A stretch of 64,000 bases of DNA from Naegleria gruberi. Lineage: Eukaryota. Each line of letters begins with the position of its first letter. The stretch's first letter is position 1. The notes beneath the pieces are model-generated. The model was not told the DNA's origin and searched no databases. It saw only the letters and a program-made list of their open reading frames with translations. Location: the NCBI GenBank assembly GCA_000004985.1, contig GG738857.1; one strand, 5' to 3'. The position numbers and the translations under genes were made by a program. Below are positions 34,423 to 45,906 of this stretch, piece after piece.

Positions 34423-37400
34423 ACAACATTGGCTTCTTCCAATAATTGTTGTTGAAGAGTGTGAGCCTTATTGAATACTGTATATTCAGAGGTAAAGACA
34501 AATCTAGAGAAGGTATCACCAAGATTGATGAGAATTTGTCGATTCAAGTTTTCAAATGTTTCCTTCACAACCTTTTCTTCAATTTCTATAACTGGAACAG
34601 GAGCATTCTTTGTGGCAACCTTGATATCTTGATCAACAGCTTCAATATCCACAGAGAATAATTCATAAGATTCATTCTTTTTGATAATGCTCTTGTAGAG
34701 GAAGAGGAATGCATTTCTACATTTGGATGGAATATTGACTTCTGTTGGTGCATTCGTCTTGATATAATTGTTATAAATATACTTGGAGAACTTTGGAAGC
34801 CTTTCCAAGTCATTACTATCCAAGAATGATTTGTTTGTTTTGATATCAGTAAAAAGATAAATATTCTCCAATGAGAACTCCTTTTCACAGAAAACTTCAA
34901 AGAGTCCATAACCTTCCTCATTATCCAAAACGACGCTCATATCCTTGTTGATAATTTCATCATTGGATGATTGTCTATTTTCTGGCTCGCTAGCTCTTTC
35001 CGTGTTTCTGACCTTTCCTTTGATCTTGTAGTTTGCCAATACCAACAGAGCATAACCACCAAATGTTAACATGTAGGTGAACACGTACAAAACTTCAAAG
35101 ATGAATGAAACCATATCTGTAACGAGGGCTTTTTGGAACATTTCTTCAGATTGGAATCTGAATGATAAACTACTAAGACCAAGTACTTGATTGAAGAAGA
35201 GGAAAATAAAGCACAAAATGTAGAGCATCATTTCCATTCTGAAATAAAGAGGACCGTCCAATGAAATAAACCATGTATAGAGTTTCTTGAATGGATTTGT
35301 GTAATTTTTCTTAAAGTTAATGGTATTAACATCAAACTCAGATGTTGGCTCCTTACGTTTGCTTGATGCTCTTGCTACTCTTTCCTTTTCTTGTTTATGA
35401 GATCCTACAAAGTCAAATATGGTAACCAGAATAATCATTACACTAAATACAAATACTGTGGTTGTGTAGGAAATAGAAACAATGTAGGTGTAAGCTGCTG
35501 AGCTAATGGCTCCAGTTCTAACTAGGATGACCCATAATGTCCAATAGAGCAAATTGATGCCAGCAAAAACGCAAACAATGGTTACAAATAAAGCAGTAGA
35601 GGTGGTGTAACGAAGCATTTTGAATATTCTTTCGCTCTTCTTTTCGTCTCCTCTTGTCTTGGCAATTAATTGATACAAATATTTCATAAATTGGAATCTG
35701 AATACTTGTAATACATATGAAAGAATAGCCGTCAAATTGAGTGTGTTGACAAGAATAGCAACAATATTAGCAATCACATTAGCAGCTGTATCACCAGCTT
35801 CCCACATTTGAGAATTACCAGAGTAGAGTTGAGATACTAGAACACTTCTTTGGATGATATAAACCAAAACACTTTCAATGATCAAAGCAATCATACCCAA
35901 GTATGGAGTTCCCAAACGAGAGGAAATTGGTTGCTCCTTTCTAAAGATAATTAATAATGTTAGGATGATAGTAGACATTACAAAGTAAAAGATACCGAAT
36001 GCAATTTGAGCACTATACAATCCAGTTACTACCTGCTTAACAATTGGTGTCATCTCTATTGTTTTTTGTTCCAAGAATGTGGAGAACATTGTGGTGTGAG
36101 TACAGGCACAATCAATCATTTGAGTAGCAGGATTATAGCCCACCAATGTACATCCGTCTGTGCTCCAAGCTCCACTACGTTCGTCATAATATCTACATGC
36201 AAAGGTTGATGTATTGGAAGAATAATTGGAAACAGTAGACAAATCCAAGTTCAATTTGAAGGAGAGAATGATTGGAGTTGTCAAGTTAGCCAATGGTAAA
36301 ACGCTTCCCTCTTGTAAGAACTTGAAGTCATTAGCAATAGATGTGGAAGGAGTACTTTCAGTAAAGTTATTGGAGAATGGAAGATTTTGATAGGAAATTA
36401 AAGATGTACCAGCACTCTTTGAGAAACCATCATATTTGGCCAAGATACTGGATATGTCCATTCCAATAGAACTGTCTCCTGATGAGAGAGTTTGATTGCC
36501 TGATGTTGGTCCACTCAATTTGAAGCTAGAAATTGTAATATTGATGAGAGGAGTACTGATTGTTACGGCAGGAAGTTCAGAGGATGATGAGTCCAATACT
36601 GTTGGAACTTGAGAGAGTAAGACAAGTGCGGCCATCTTACTGGTAACCTCTGTCGTTTTATCAGCACCAACACCAGATTGCAGTAAGTTGCCTGAAATTT
36701 CAATTGCTGATTTAACATCATCTTGTGAAATTTTGGATCTAACGTATCCGTACTGCTCAATTTCCTTCTTGTATAAATCTGTAAGAGAATCAGCGAAACT
36801 ACTCATCTTGGTTGTTACTTGGTCAACTACCTTGTCATTAACCGAGTCAGAGGAAGAAGTTAAGGCTTGGAAACTTGACAAAGCAGTAGCAGGATTAGTT
36901 GGATCTATCTTAATGTTTTGGACAATTTGTGAAACCAAATCAGCGTTACCACCACTTCCAGAGGAAGCAACCAAATACGATTGATCGTATGAGGCCACTG
37001 TTACAGCCACTCCTGTTAATTCACCAATTCTAGATGATAATTGAGAAGATGTTCCATTAAATGCAGTTACATTTACAGAAAGAGTCTCAAGTAAATCACT
37101 ATTTCCAAGAGAATCTTTTACATAAACAAGTAATCCAAGAGATCCCACTGTTACTTTCTTGTCTGTACTAATATACGGCAAGTAGGTAGAAATTGTCAGA
37201 TTTGCAGAATACTCAGTCAATCTAATTTGTTTCAAAGAGGTTGGATCAGTAAACCCGATAGCATATTGCAAAGGTTGTAATTGCTCAGCTGCAGCCCACT
37301 GATTAAAGGTAATTGTGAAATAATCAGTGAGTGCATATCCTGATGTTCTATCCAAAGTTACCAAATCACCTTCTGGGGCAGAAGCAGCAGAAATAATTGG

Positions 37401-39891
37401 GATAGTTACAGAACCAGTCATATTCTTGTTAGCAGAATTGAAAATTGCTAAAGAAATAACAACATAAGAACTGCCTGAAATATAGTTGGTTGTACTCAAT
37501 GTAATTGCTGGGGTAAACAATAAGGAATTACCTTGACGTGTATAACCAGTAATAAGACCAGTTGATTTGAAAATATTAGTGAGAGTACTCTTGACCATCA
37601 TTGATACACTCCAAGAGAAAGTCAAGGAAGAAGAACAATTTCCTTCACATCCCAAGAATGATTGAACAATTGATTGATTCAATGCCACTTTAGAAACAAC
37701 AGCCTCAATAGCTTTTCCAGCAGCAAGTTGTTTTCCTACATAAACTGAAGGCAAACCAAAAATGTCCAATGAAGGAACATTTACATCAACAACCGGTACT
37801 ACCAAGACAGTCATATTAAATTTGACAGTGTTGGATACACGACTAGCAAAACCTTTTGGATTAGTATAGAAAACATTAGCCGAGAAAATGTACAAAGCAG
37901 GAGCCTTGAGTTCTGATGGATTAACCATAAGTATTCTATCATTAGTTTGGTTAAATGGAGTTGAAGTGTTTGTATTACCTTGGCAATTTTCACAAATCCA
38001 TTGGTAAACCAGATTGGAGCTGGCGAGAGAGGAAAATTCGTCTGATATTATTTCCAATGAAACAGAAGTAACATTTTGATAGTAAACTCCTGATGATTTT
38101 TTCAAAGAAATAACTAATGGATTGAGGTTGACGCTACAATCGGTAGAAGAGTATCCAGATTGACAGCTACATTCGTTATAAGAAATACAAGTACCCTTAG
38201 ATGAACAAACGTTGCTGGAATTAGATGAAACTGAGTTGCAAGTAGTGAGCTCGCATTTAGTTCCGAAATAGTTTGCATTACATGAACAGATATCATTACC
38301 AGTACATGTTCCCTTTCCATTACAAACAGAGGTGTTGTTAGAATTGATACCAAAACATTTTGTTACTGAACAAGATGGTCCAAACCAATTAGCTGTACAA
38401 TTACAGGTATTGTAGTCCAAACATTTACCATTTCCAGAACAGACTGTGGAGTTCAAATAATTGATTCCATAACAATTGAATTGTGAACATGTGGATCCGT
38501 AATAATTCTTTGAACAATTACAGTTGTTTGGAGAAACACATGAGCCCAATCCGCTACAAACATTGGATGAATTGAATTGAATATCATGGCAAGAGTAACT
38601 TTCACAGTTTGATCCATTGAAACCTGATTTACAGCTACAAATATTTGGCGCAATACAGGAACCATTGCTTGAACAAGCCAAAGAGGAATTAAAGTTGTAT
38701 CCAAAACATGAGAAGCTTTCACAATTAGATCCAGAATATCTTGAGGTACAGTTACATTTGTTTGGTTGAGTGCACGAGCCTCTTCCAGAACAAACATTCT
38801 TATCAGAATAGACGACTGAGTTACAATAATAAGTACCACAGTTTGATCCAGAGTATCCTGCAATGCAAGAACAATTATTTGGTGAAATACAACTTCCTTT
38901 TCCAGAACAAGCTAATGGATCAGAATAATCAAAACCAGAACATTGGTAAGTTTGACAATTGGTGCCATTATATCCAGAGAAACAAGTACAGTTGTTTGGA
39001 GAAGAACATACTCCAAAACCAGAACAAACTGAGGAACTATTCTTTGAAATATTAGAACAATTGTAATTTTCGCATTGTTGTCCATAGTATCCTGAATTAC
39101 ATGAGCAAATATCAGCTCCATTGCATTTACCATTACCAGAACAGACCTTAGAATCATTTGATAACAATCCATAGCATTGGAATTTTTCACAATTATTTCC
39201 ACCATATCCTGCAATGCAAGAACAATTATTTGGTGAAATACAACTTCCTTTTCCAGAACAAACTAATGGATCAGAATAATCAAAACCAGAACATTGATAA
39301 GTTTGACAATTGGTGCCATTGTATCCAGAGAAACAAGTGCAGTTGTTTGGAGAAGAACATACTCCAAAACCAGAACAAACTGAGGAACTATTCTTTGAAA
39401 TATTAGAACAATTGAAATTTTCGCATTGTTGTCCATAGTATCCTGAATTACATGAGCAAATCTCAGCACCATTGCATTTACCATTACCAGAACAAACCTT
39501 AGAATCGTTTGATAACAAACCAAAACATTGGAATTTGTCACAATCATCACCACCATATCCTACAATGCAAGAACAATTATTTGGTGAAACACAGCTTCCT
39601 TTTTCAGAACAAACTCCTGAATTGTTATAGAGTTTTCCATTACAATCATAATTTTCACACATGTTACCATAATAACCTGATTTACATGTGCAAACATTTG
39701 ATGAGGAGCAAACACCATTTCCAGAACATACACCAGTATTATTGTTGAACGTTCCATAACAGTAATAAGTCTGACAACTTTCTCCAGAGTATCCATTTTG
39801 ACAGGAACAATTATTTGGTTTAACACAAGCTCCCTTTCCTGAACATACAGATGAATCATTGTAATAAACGTTGTAACAATTATAATCAGAA
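34410..39891 (-). CDS. Adhesion-type GPCR with C-terminal RGS domain: EGF-like repeat ectodomain, GAIN/GPS, 7TM and RGS. Probably the 3' part of one gene together with 39560..41041.
   Basis: The 1750-aa ORF (34410..39662) stays open in the same frame up to the gap at 39892, and EGF-like repeats continue there ('...CSGKGACVKPNNCSCQNGYSGESCQTYYCYG...'). From N- to C-terminus: more than 20 six-cysteine EGF-like units; a GPS site 'CRYYDERSGAWSTDGCTLVGYNPATQMIDCACTHTTMFSTF' (C-x-C-x-H-T/T-x-F); seven hydrophobic helices; and an RGS box with 'EFSLENIYLF' and 'APTEVNIPSKCRNAFLF'. No signal peptide exists if the protein starts at Met 39662. Confidence 0.8.
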
Positions 39892-40042
39892 NNNNNNNNN
39901 NNNNNNNNNNNNNNNNNNNNNNNNNNNNNNNNNNNNNNNNNNNNNNNNNNNNNNNNNNNNNNNNNNNNNNNNNNNNNNNNNNNNNNNNNNNNNNNNNNNN
40001 NNNNNNNNNNNNNNNNNNNNNNNNNNNNNNNNNNNNNNNNNN
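39892..40042. other. Assembly gap (N run) inside the lectin-EGF-GPCR gene
   Basis: 151 N. Confidence 1.
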
Positions 40043-41041
40043 TGTTATTACAATAATAAGTTCACAGTTAGTTCCGTAGTATCCATTGACACAAGTGCAT
40101 ATATTAGGATTGTAACAAGTTCCATGACCTGAGCAAACATATGAAGTGTTAGTATTTGTAATTCCATTACAAGTCCAATATTCACACAAGGATCCAACAT
40201 AATTGGTGTTGCAAGTACAAGTATTTGGACCACTACAAGTACCTCTACCACTACAAACATTATAACTACCAGCAAGAGTACCGCCACATACGAATGTTTG
40301 ACAATTAGCATTGCCATATCCACTGTTACAATTACAACTATTTGGTGAAGTACAGGTACCATGACCTGAACATACTGCGTCACTGGTTGCATTTACATTA
40401 AAACAAACTGGTGTCTGACAAGTAGAGCCAACATATCCATAATTAGGAGCACTTCCATCAGAATAATCAGTACTCCAACAAACATATCCATCAGAACCAT
40501 ACAAGACTAAATCTCCATTATTTTGAAGAACTAAAGCAAAAGGAGCAGTACCTCCAGTACAAGCTTCTGACAATGTCTTTACAACGTTACCATTGCCATA
40601 AATTGCCAAAGTACCGTTAGTTTCTAATTTCAATTGATATGGAGCTGTTCCCTTCTTATAGGTTCCACTCATCCAACTGGCATAATTGCTGCCAGCACTA
40701 TTATCAAACAATACCAAGTTTCCTGAGGTTTGCATCTGTAAATAGTATTGTCCAAAATAGAGCGAGGAAAAGGTTGCTCCTGCAGTCATGATATTATTCT
40801 GATTTGAAATTAAAGCAGTGGATGTTGTAATATCCAAGCAAGTACATTCATCATCGCCTGTACATAAACCATGTCCAGAACATACACCACTAGTTCCAAT
40901 CTGTGTTGATTCTACTCCTGTACATGTATGTTGAGCATGGCTGGAATGGCTCATACAAATTCCTACAATGATTAGGATAATAAGGTATATACAACTAGTG
41001 CTAGAAAGACGTAACCTAGGGGTTGCTTTCCTATTTGTCAT
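40043..41041 (-). CDS. Signal peptide + bulb-type (B-lectin) mannose-binding lectin domain + EGF-like repeats. Probable 5' part of the adhesion-GPCR/RGS gene.
   Basis: Start Met at 41041 with signal peptide 'MTNRKATPRLRLSSTSCIYLIILIIVGICMSHSSHA'. The B-lectin domain reads 'QNNIMTAGATFSSLYFGQYYLQMQTSGNLVLFDNSAGSNYASWMS...LETNGTLAIYGNGN...LQNNGDLVLYGSDGYVCWST'. EGF-like repeats of the same type as the downstream gene follow and run into the gap. The ORF-track continuation past the gap (39560..39891 in this frame) is out of frame and not real. Confidence 0.7.
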
Positions 41042-41742
41042 TTTGTTGTATAAAGCGTTTCAAAATTTTGGATGACAAGTGAAAGCAAGTGAGTTGTAAC
41101 TTTTTTTCTATTTAGTTTTTACCCAACTTCATATTCTTTGCTTCAGTAAAATGCGCATTTCTGATTCCAGCTGAATTGTCACTAGTCGTTTACAGAGATG
41201 TTAAGAGTGACTTGGGTGAGTGTGGGTGAAGGACCGTAAAGAAATTTCCCGCCAAACAATTCTACAACTGAGATTCAATGTTAATGTCATCACTCATTAA
41301 AAAAGGCATTGTGATTTGGTTATTTTTGATGGAATGAAGGAACTTTAATGTTGGATGACTGAAGAGAGGTGAAATGTCTGTTAAATAAATGTTGTATGAC
41401 TCATTAATAGATATTTTGTTCCGAAATTTGTACTATTGTAGAAAACATATTAGTTTGATGGTTGATGATAATGTTTAACAACAAGGTGTGTATATCAGAT
41501 GCTCATTATGGAAGGTGATAGAGCCAAATAATTTTCTTCCTTGTAAATTATTATTTAATAAAACATATGCTGCTAATTAGCGAAGAGAGGAATTTCCGAG
41601 AGATGCCATCCTGATGGTTTCATCCTTTCACATTTTAATCATTTTTATTTTAAAAGTAATTTTATTTAACATTCCTTCCAAGCGGGAAACTACAGCCACG
41701 TTTCGGATCAAAACGTTTCTCTATTTACAAAAATTCAAAAAA

Positions 41743-42693
41743 ATGTTGGTAACCAACCAAAGCCAAACACTGAAAGAAGAGCTAAACACCATTACTACGC
41801 TCTTTGAGCAACTTCATGCCAAAGCAAATGAAAAAATAGCTCTCTTGGAGAAGAAAGAGAAAGAGTGGAAGATCAGACAAGATCAAATCGAAGAAAATAT
41901 CAAAAAGTGTCCTGATAAAGTAATTTTGAACATTGGAGGAAAAACCTTTGCATCAACCAAAGACACTCTTCTCAGCAAGAAGGATTCCTTTTTCTATGCC
42001 ATGTTGTCGAGTGGTAATTGGTTACCAGATCAAGATGGAACTTATTTCATTGATCGAGATCCAAAATATTTCCGATACTTGTTGAATTACTTGAGAACTG
42101 GAGAACGTCCAGATTTATCTGAATTATCAAAGGTTAAATTGAAGGAATTGCAAAAGGAGGCAAACTTCTATTGTCTTGATGATATGTTCGGAAATGACTC
42201 ATCACTTGAAATATTGGCTATGCCCTCTGTCAAGTCCACAATAATATCACAAAGGAAAGTTTCTATTGTTGGTGATGATAGCAGTGGTACATACATCAAA
42301 ACCTATAACCTCACAAAGTTGGAGAGTGGAACCTTTAGATGGAAGATCAATATTCATTCATTTACTTCATGGCTTGGTATTGGAGTTGTTATGACTGACA
42401 GGGTGGAAAAGAAGATATTCAATGACTTTGTTACTCCATACAAAGAACACGGATGCTACATGGCAAGTGCAAATTGTTACCTGTGGCAAGCAGCTAACGG
42501 TTATTCTGCTAACAGTTTCCCATTAAAAGCTGGAGACGAGATGATGATGGAATTGTCTTGTGAAAGTCAAGTTCTCACCATCACCAATACTTCCACCAAT
42601 GCTCAACTTACAATTCCTAATGTTAGCCTGCCAGCTTTTCCTTGTATTGTTACGAATGGAAAATTCAGCATTGATTTAGAGTGGGTAGCTTAA
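41743..42693 (+). CDS. BTB/POZ (K+-channel-tetramerisation, KCTD-type) domain protein
   Basis: 'VILNIGGKTFASTKDTLLSKKDSFFYAMLSSGNWLPDQDGTYFIDRDPKYFRYLLNYLRTGE' is a canonical T1/BTB domain. I take the start as Met 41743, because the upstream extension of the ORF from 41614 reads like non-coding sequence. Confidence 0.7.
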   Translation: MLVTNQSQTLKEELNTITTLFEQLHAKANEKIALLEKKEKEWKIRQDQIEENIKKCPDKVILNIGGKTFASTKDTLLSKKDSFFYAMLSSGNWLPDQDGTYFIDRDPKYFRYLLNYLRTGERPDLSELSKVKLKELQKEANFYCLDDMFGNDSSLEILAMPSVKSTIISQRKVSIVGDDSSGTYIKTYNLTKLESGTFRWKINIHSFTSWLGIGVVMTDRVEKKIFNDFVTPYKEHGCYMASANCYLWQAANGYSANSFPLKAGDEMMMELSCESQVLTITNTSTNAQLTIPNVSLPAFPCIVTNGKFSIDLEWVA

Positions 42694-42828
42694 CTTTGCA
42701 TTCACAATATAATGGTGAAGGTTGTTGTTTTTCTTTTTGTGATTTTTAACATCCGTGATGAGCGGCAAAAACTACCGTTACACAATAAAAAAAAATCAAG
42801 CCTTTTCTTATTGGCCACATCAGATTTT

Positions 42829-43020
42829 TTATTGCGCCAAACACATTATTGTACAAGCAAAGGCAATAATTGACAATCCAATGAATAAACCAATGGCAAT
42901 AACTGCTATCAAGATTTCTGAACAAGCCTGATGAAATTCTATTCTTGAATTCTGGTTTGTCAATGCCTTCAAGGGCCTTTTGAATATATCTTTTCTCTTC
43001 ACGGACATCATCATGGCCAC
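42829..43020 (-). CDS. Possible small single-TM protein (63 aa)
   Basis: Short ORF with one clear hydrophobic helix, 'ILIAVIAIGLFIGLSIIAFACTI'. No other support. Confidence 0.25.
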   Translation of the reverse strand: MAMMMSVKRKDIFKRPLKALTNQNSRIEFHQACSEILIAVIAIGLFIGLSIIAFACTIMCLAQ

Positions 43021-43374
43021 ACATTATTTAATTATTCAAGAAGTTCGGAACAAATCCAGTTCTAATTTCCATGAATATTACCTTTCGAAAAGTGGTGAAG
43101 AATTCTTCTATTCCATGACTACAAAATGTATTCTATTTAATTATTAATTCATTTTGTGTTTACTTGTTCAGATAAAGAGAGCGTGCTTTCCACTTGTGAT
43201 TTTAATGCTTTTGAAGAGAAAAATTCTCGTTTAATATTCATCTGGCCATTAAGAAGGTTTAAAATACAATTTTGGAAGTCAACCGTCTACGTGATGACAT
43301 GTTTGTAATGTCAAATGGTGAATTACCTTCTCACAAGAGAGAAAGAAAAAAAACAAACGAAACCCTTCAAAATA

Positions 43375-45161
43375 ATGTTGCCTTTCTTACTGTTTCTCTG
43401 TTTGCTTGTGGCAGTTTCGCTTTGGCTCTTGTATTTCAAGTTTTACAAACCATATCTTGATTGTCAAGTATTGCTGGAAGATATTCAAAGTGCAGCAGAT
43501 GAGAAAGTTGAAAGAATTGGAGATACAGCAATAATCCTAGGAGGATCCTTTGCTGGACTGACAAGTGCCATTGTACTGTCAAAATATTACAGAAGGGTAA
43601 TTATTGTGGATCGAACTGTGATGGAGCCACTTGAAACTGTGGCCAAAGCCAGACAGGGAGAACAAGCTCATGCTATTTCATATCGTTCATTATTGGTGTG
43701 GGATCGATTATTGCCAGGATTTTGGTCCGAGTTGGTAGAAATGACAAAAGCTAATCGACTTTCACAATTAATGTTTCCTGCCACCGAAGTCAAATATTTC
43801 TACAGGGAAGGTTATAATTTGAGTGGACATTTTGATTTGAGAAGTAGATCGATTATTACTGCCAGTAGAGGACAGATGGAAACTGCACTCAGAGAAAGGA
43901 TTAGAAAAGATTTGAAGAATATTGAGATATTCGATGGATACAATGTTTCCTCTAATGGAATCAATATTGAAAGAGTACAAGAGAGCAACAATGGAGAGAA
44001 GGTTGTACGTGTCAAATCAGTGACCATTGCAAAGTGTTCACAAGAAAATGATCCAGCAGATCGATTGATAATTGATTGTGATTTGTTTGTCAATTGTGCT
44101 GGTGTAGGATCCAATGTTTTGATGAAAAACATTGAAAATGAAGTTTCACCTCATAAGAAACTATTAACCAAATCTAAGGTAGAAGTCAAGATTAGATATC
44201 AAACTGTTTATTTTGAACCTAAGGATACTTCATACGATAGTGAAGGAAAGGTCGTTCTCTGTCGTGAAGATAGACAAGTGAATGAGAATAGAAAGATTAA
44301 TGATCCATACTATATGATTTATCACTTGTTGACCTACCCAAATACAAAGGGAATGCTCATAATGCCATTCACTGACAATACCATGTTGCTCCTCTTACAC
44401 AATTACAATGAGAAAATTGAGTCATTGACTCCAGAACGTGCAAAGGAGCAAATTTTAGAATTTTGTAAAGATTTCCCAGATATGGAGAAGGACACTTCAC
44501 ATGTATTGGATCTACTCAAAGATGAACCAAAGAGAATAGCTCCAATCTATGAAAAGAATGGCAGCGAATACGTACACTATGAAAATTTAAAGAATGTCAA
44601 AGGATTTATTGCACTCGGTGATGCTGTTGGTAAGTTGTGTGTGGAAAATATTCAATTTAATCCTTTTGCATTCAAACATTAGCTTCTCTCAATCCTATTT
44701 ATGGCCAGGGAATTACCTTGTCTGTAGATTCGGCAGTATTTTTGGATAGCATGATCAAGAAGGAGCTCGAAACATCCAATAAGGCAGTATTTAATGCCAA
44801 GTTTTGTAACAAGTTTCAATTGGCTCTTTCCAAGACCTATTTAGTTCCTTGGATTTTGGGGTCTAGCTCCGATTTGAGATTTGACTTTTCTAAATATTCA
44901 AAGAACCTCTACTTACAAAAATTGGTTGCTCCACTATTGGCTTGGCTCACTGATAGATTATTCATTTCAAGTCACTACTCTGCAGTATCGAGTTATTACT
45001 TTCAAACTGTCTTGATTATGGATGATGGTTTCAGAAAGCAATTGTTAAATCTTCGTTGGTTGCTTGGCTATGTTTTCTGGAGAGAGCTCAAAATGGCCAT
45101 GTGGTGCCTTGCTATCGCCGCTTTGTGTACCTTGGCTGTTGTTGGTGTGGAAAATTATTAA
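43375..45161 (+). CDS. Membrane-anchored FAD-dependent monooxygenase (squalene-epoxidase-like), 2 exons
   Basis: Exon 1 is 43375(or 43315)..44629 and exon 2 is 44683..45161. The 53-bp intron, 44630-44682, runs GTAAGT...TAG. Splicing creates the flavin-monooxygenase fingerprint 'GDAVASLNPIYGQGITL' (GDAxxxxxPxxGQGxN). The N-terminal TM helix and the Rossmann motif 'AIILGGSFAGLTSAIVLSKYYRRVIIVDR' are followed by a C-terminal hydrophobic segment 'MAMWCLAIAALCTLAVVGV'. Confidence 0.7.
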
Positions 45162-45400
45162 GGTATCCTAATTCCGAACGATCGCACACTCCTTTGGAAA
45201 CACTTTTTCACACAATTTACCAAAAATGTTTCTGACACAGCTGTTTCAGTTTGGGTAATAAATAAGGTTGTTCAATGCACACAGTTTGTTGGCTCTGTTT
45301 TTGAAAAAAACAACATACCAACAAACCTCACATCTTTACTGTGGTGGTGGTCAATATCAAATTGTTCTTACTAAGATAATTCACATTAAAAGGGAGAAGA

Positions 45401-45767
45401 ATGGGAACTTGTGCAAGCATTCCAGACCATCATCATTCAGAGACTATTGAGGATGTTCAGGATGTTGCAGCTGGGGATGATAAGGACTCGATTCATGTCT
45501 CCTCAATAAGTGGCTGCTCAGAGAAGGGGAATAACAATAACATCATAGAGGCTGTTGAGACGATAATCTTCTTCTCAAAACAGGAGAGGAGAATAATGCT
45601 ACCTTCTTCATCGACCTCTTCTATTGACAGTAAAGTGTTGAAACCATCATCTGTTATTTTACATTCGGAGGATGGAAAACATTTAGCTAAGGAAATTAAC
45701 ATTCCAGTGAATCAAATTCCAGTCATTAAGGAAATGAGTCCTCAAAATCAAGAAGTTCTGGTCATTG
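45401..45767 (+). CDS. Hypothetical protein with N-myristoylation-type start (MGTCAS...), 3' end lost in gap 45768-45871
   Basis: The ORF begins 'MGTCASIPDHHHSE' and is acidic and Ser-rich. It runs into the N run. Confidence 0.4.
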
Positions 45768-45906
45768 NNNNNNNNNNNNNNNNNNNNNNNNNNNNNNNNN
45801 NNNNNNNNNNNNNNNNNNNNNNNNNNNNNNNNNNNNNNNNNNNNNNNNNNNNNNNNNNNNNNNNNNNNNNNGGAATGAAACACTAGTGTTCAACCTTCAA
45901 CGTAAT

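Noticed and set aside
39560-39891. ORF-track continuation of the lectin ORF past the gap ('LIIIVTTFITMIHLYVQERELVLNQ...')
   Set aside because: This reading is only an artefact of an arbitrary frame across N's. The same DNA in the frame of the downstream 1750-aa ORF encodes canonical EGF-like repeats, so the latter frame is the real one.
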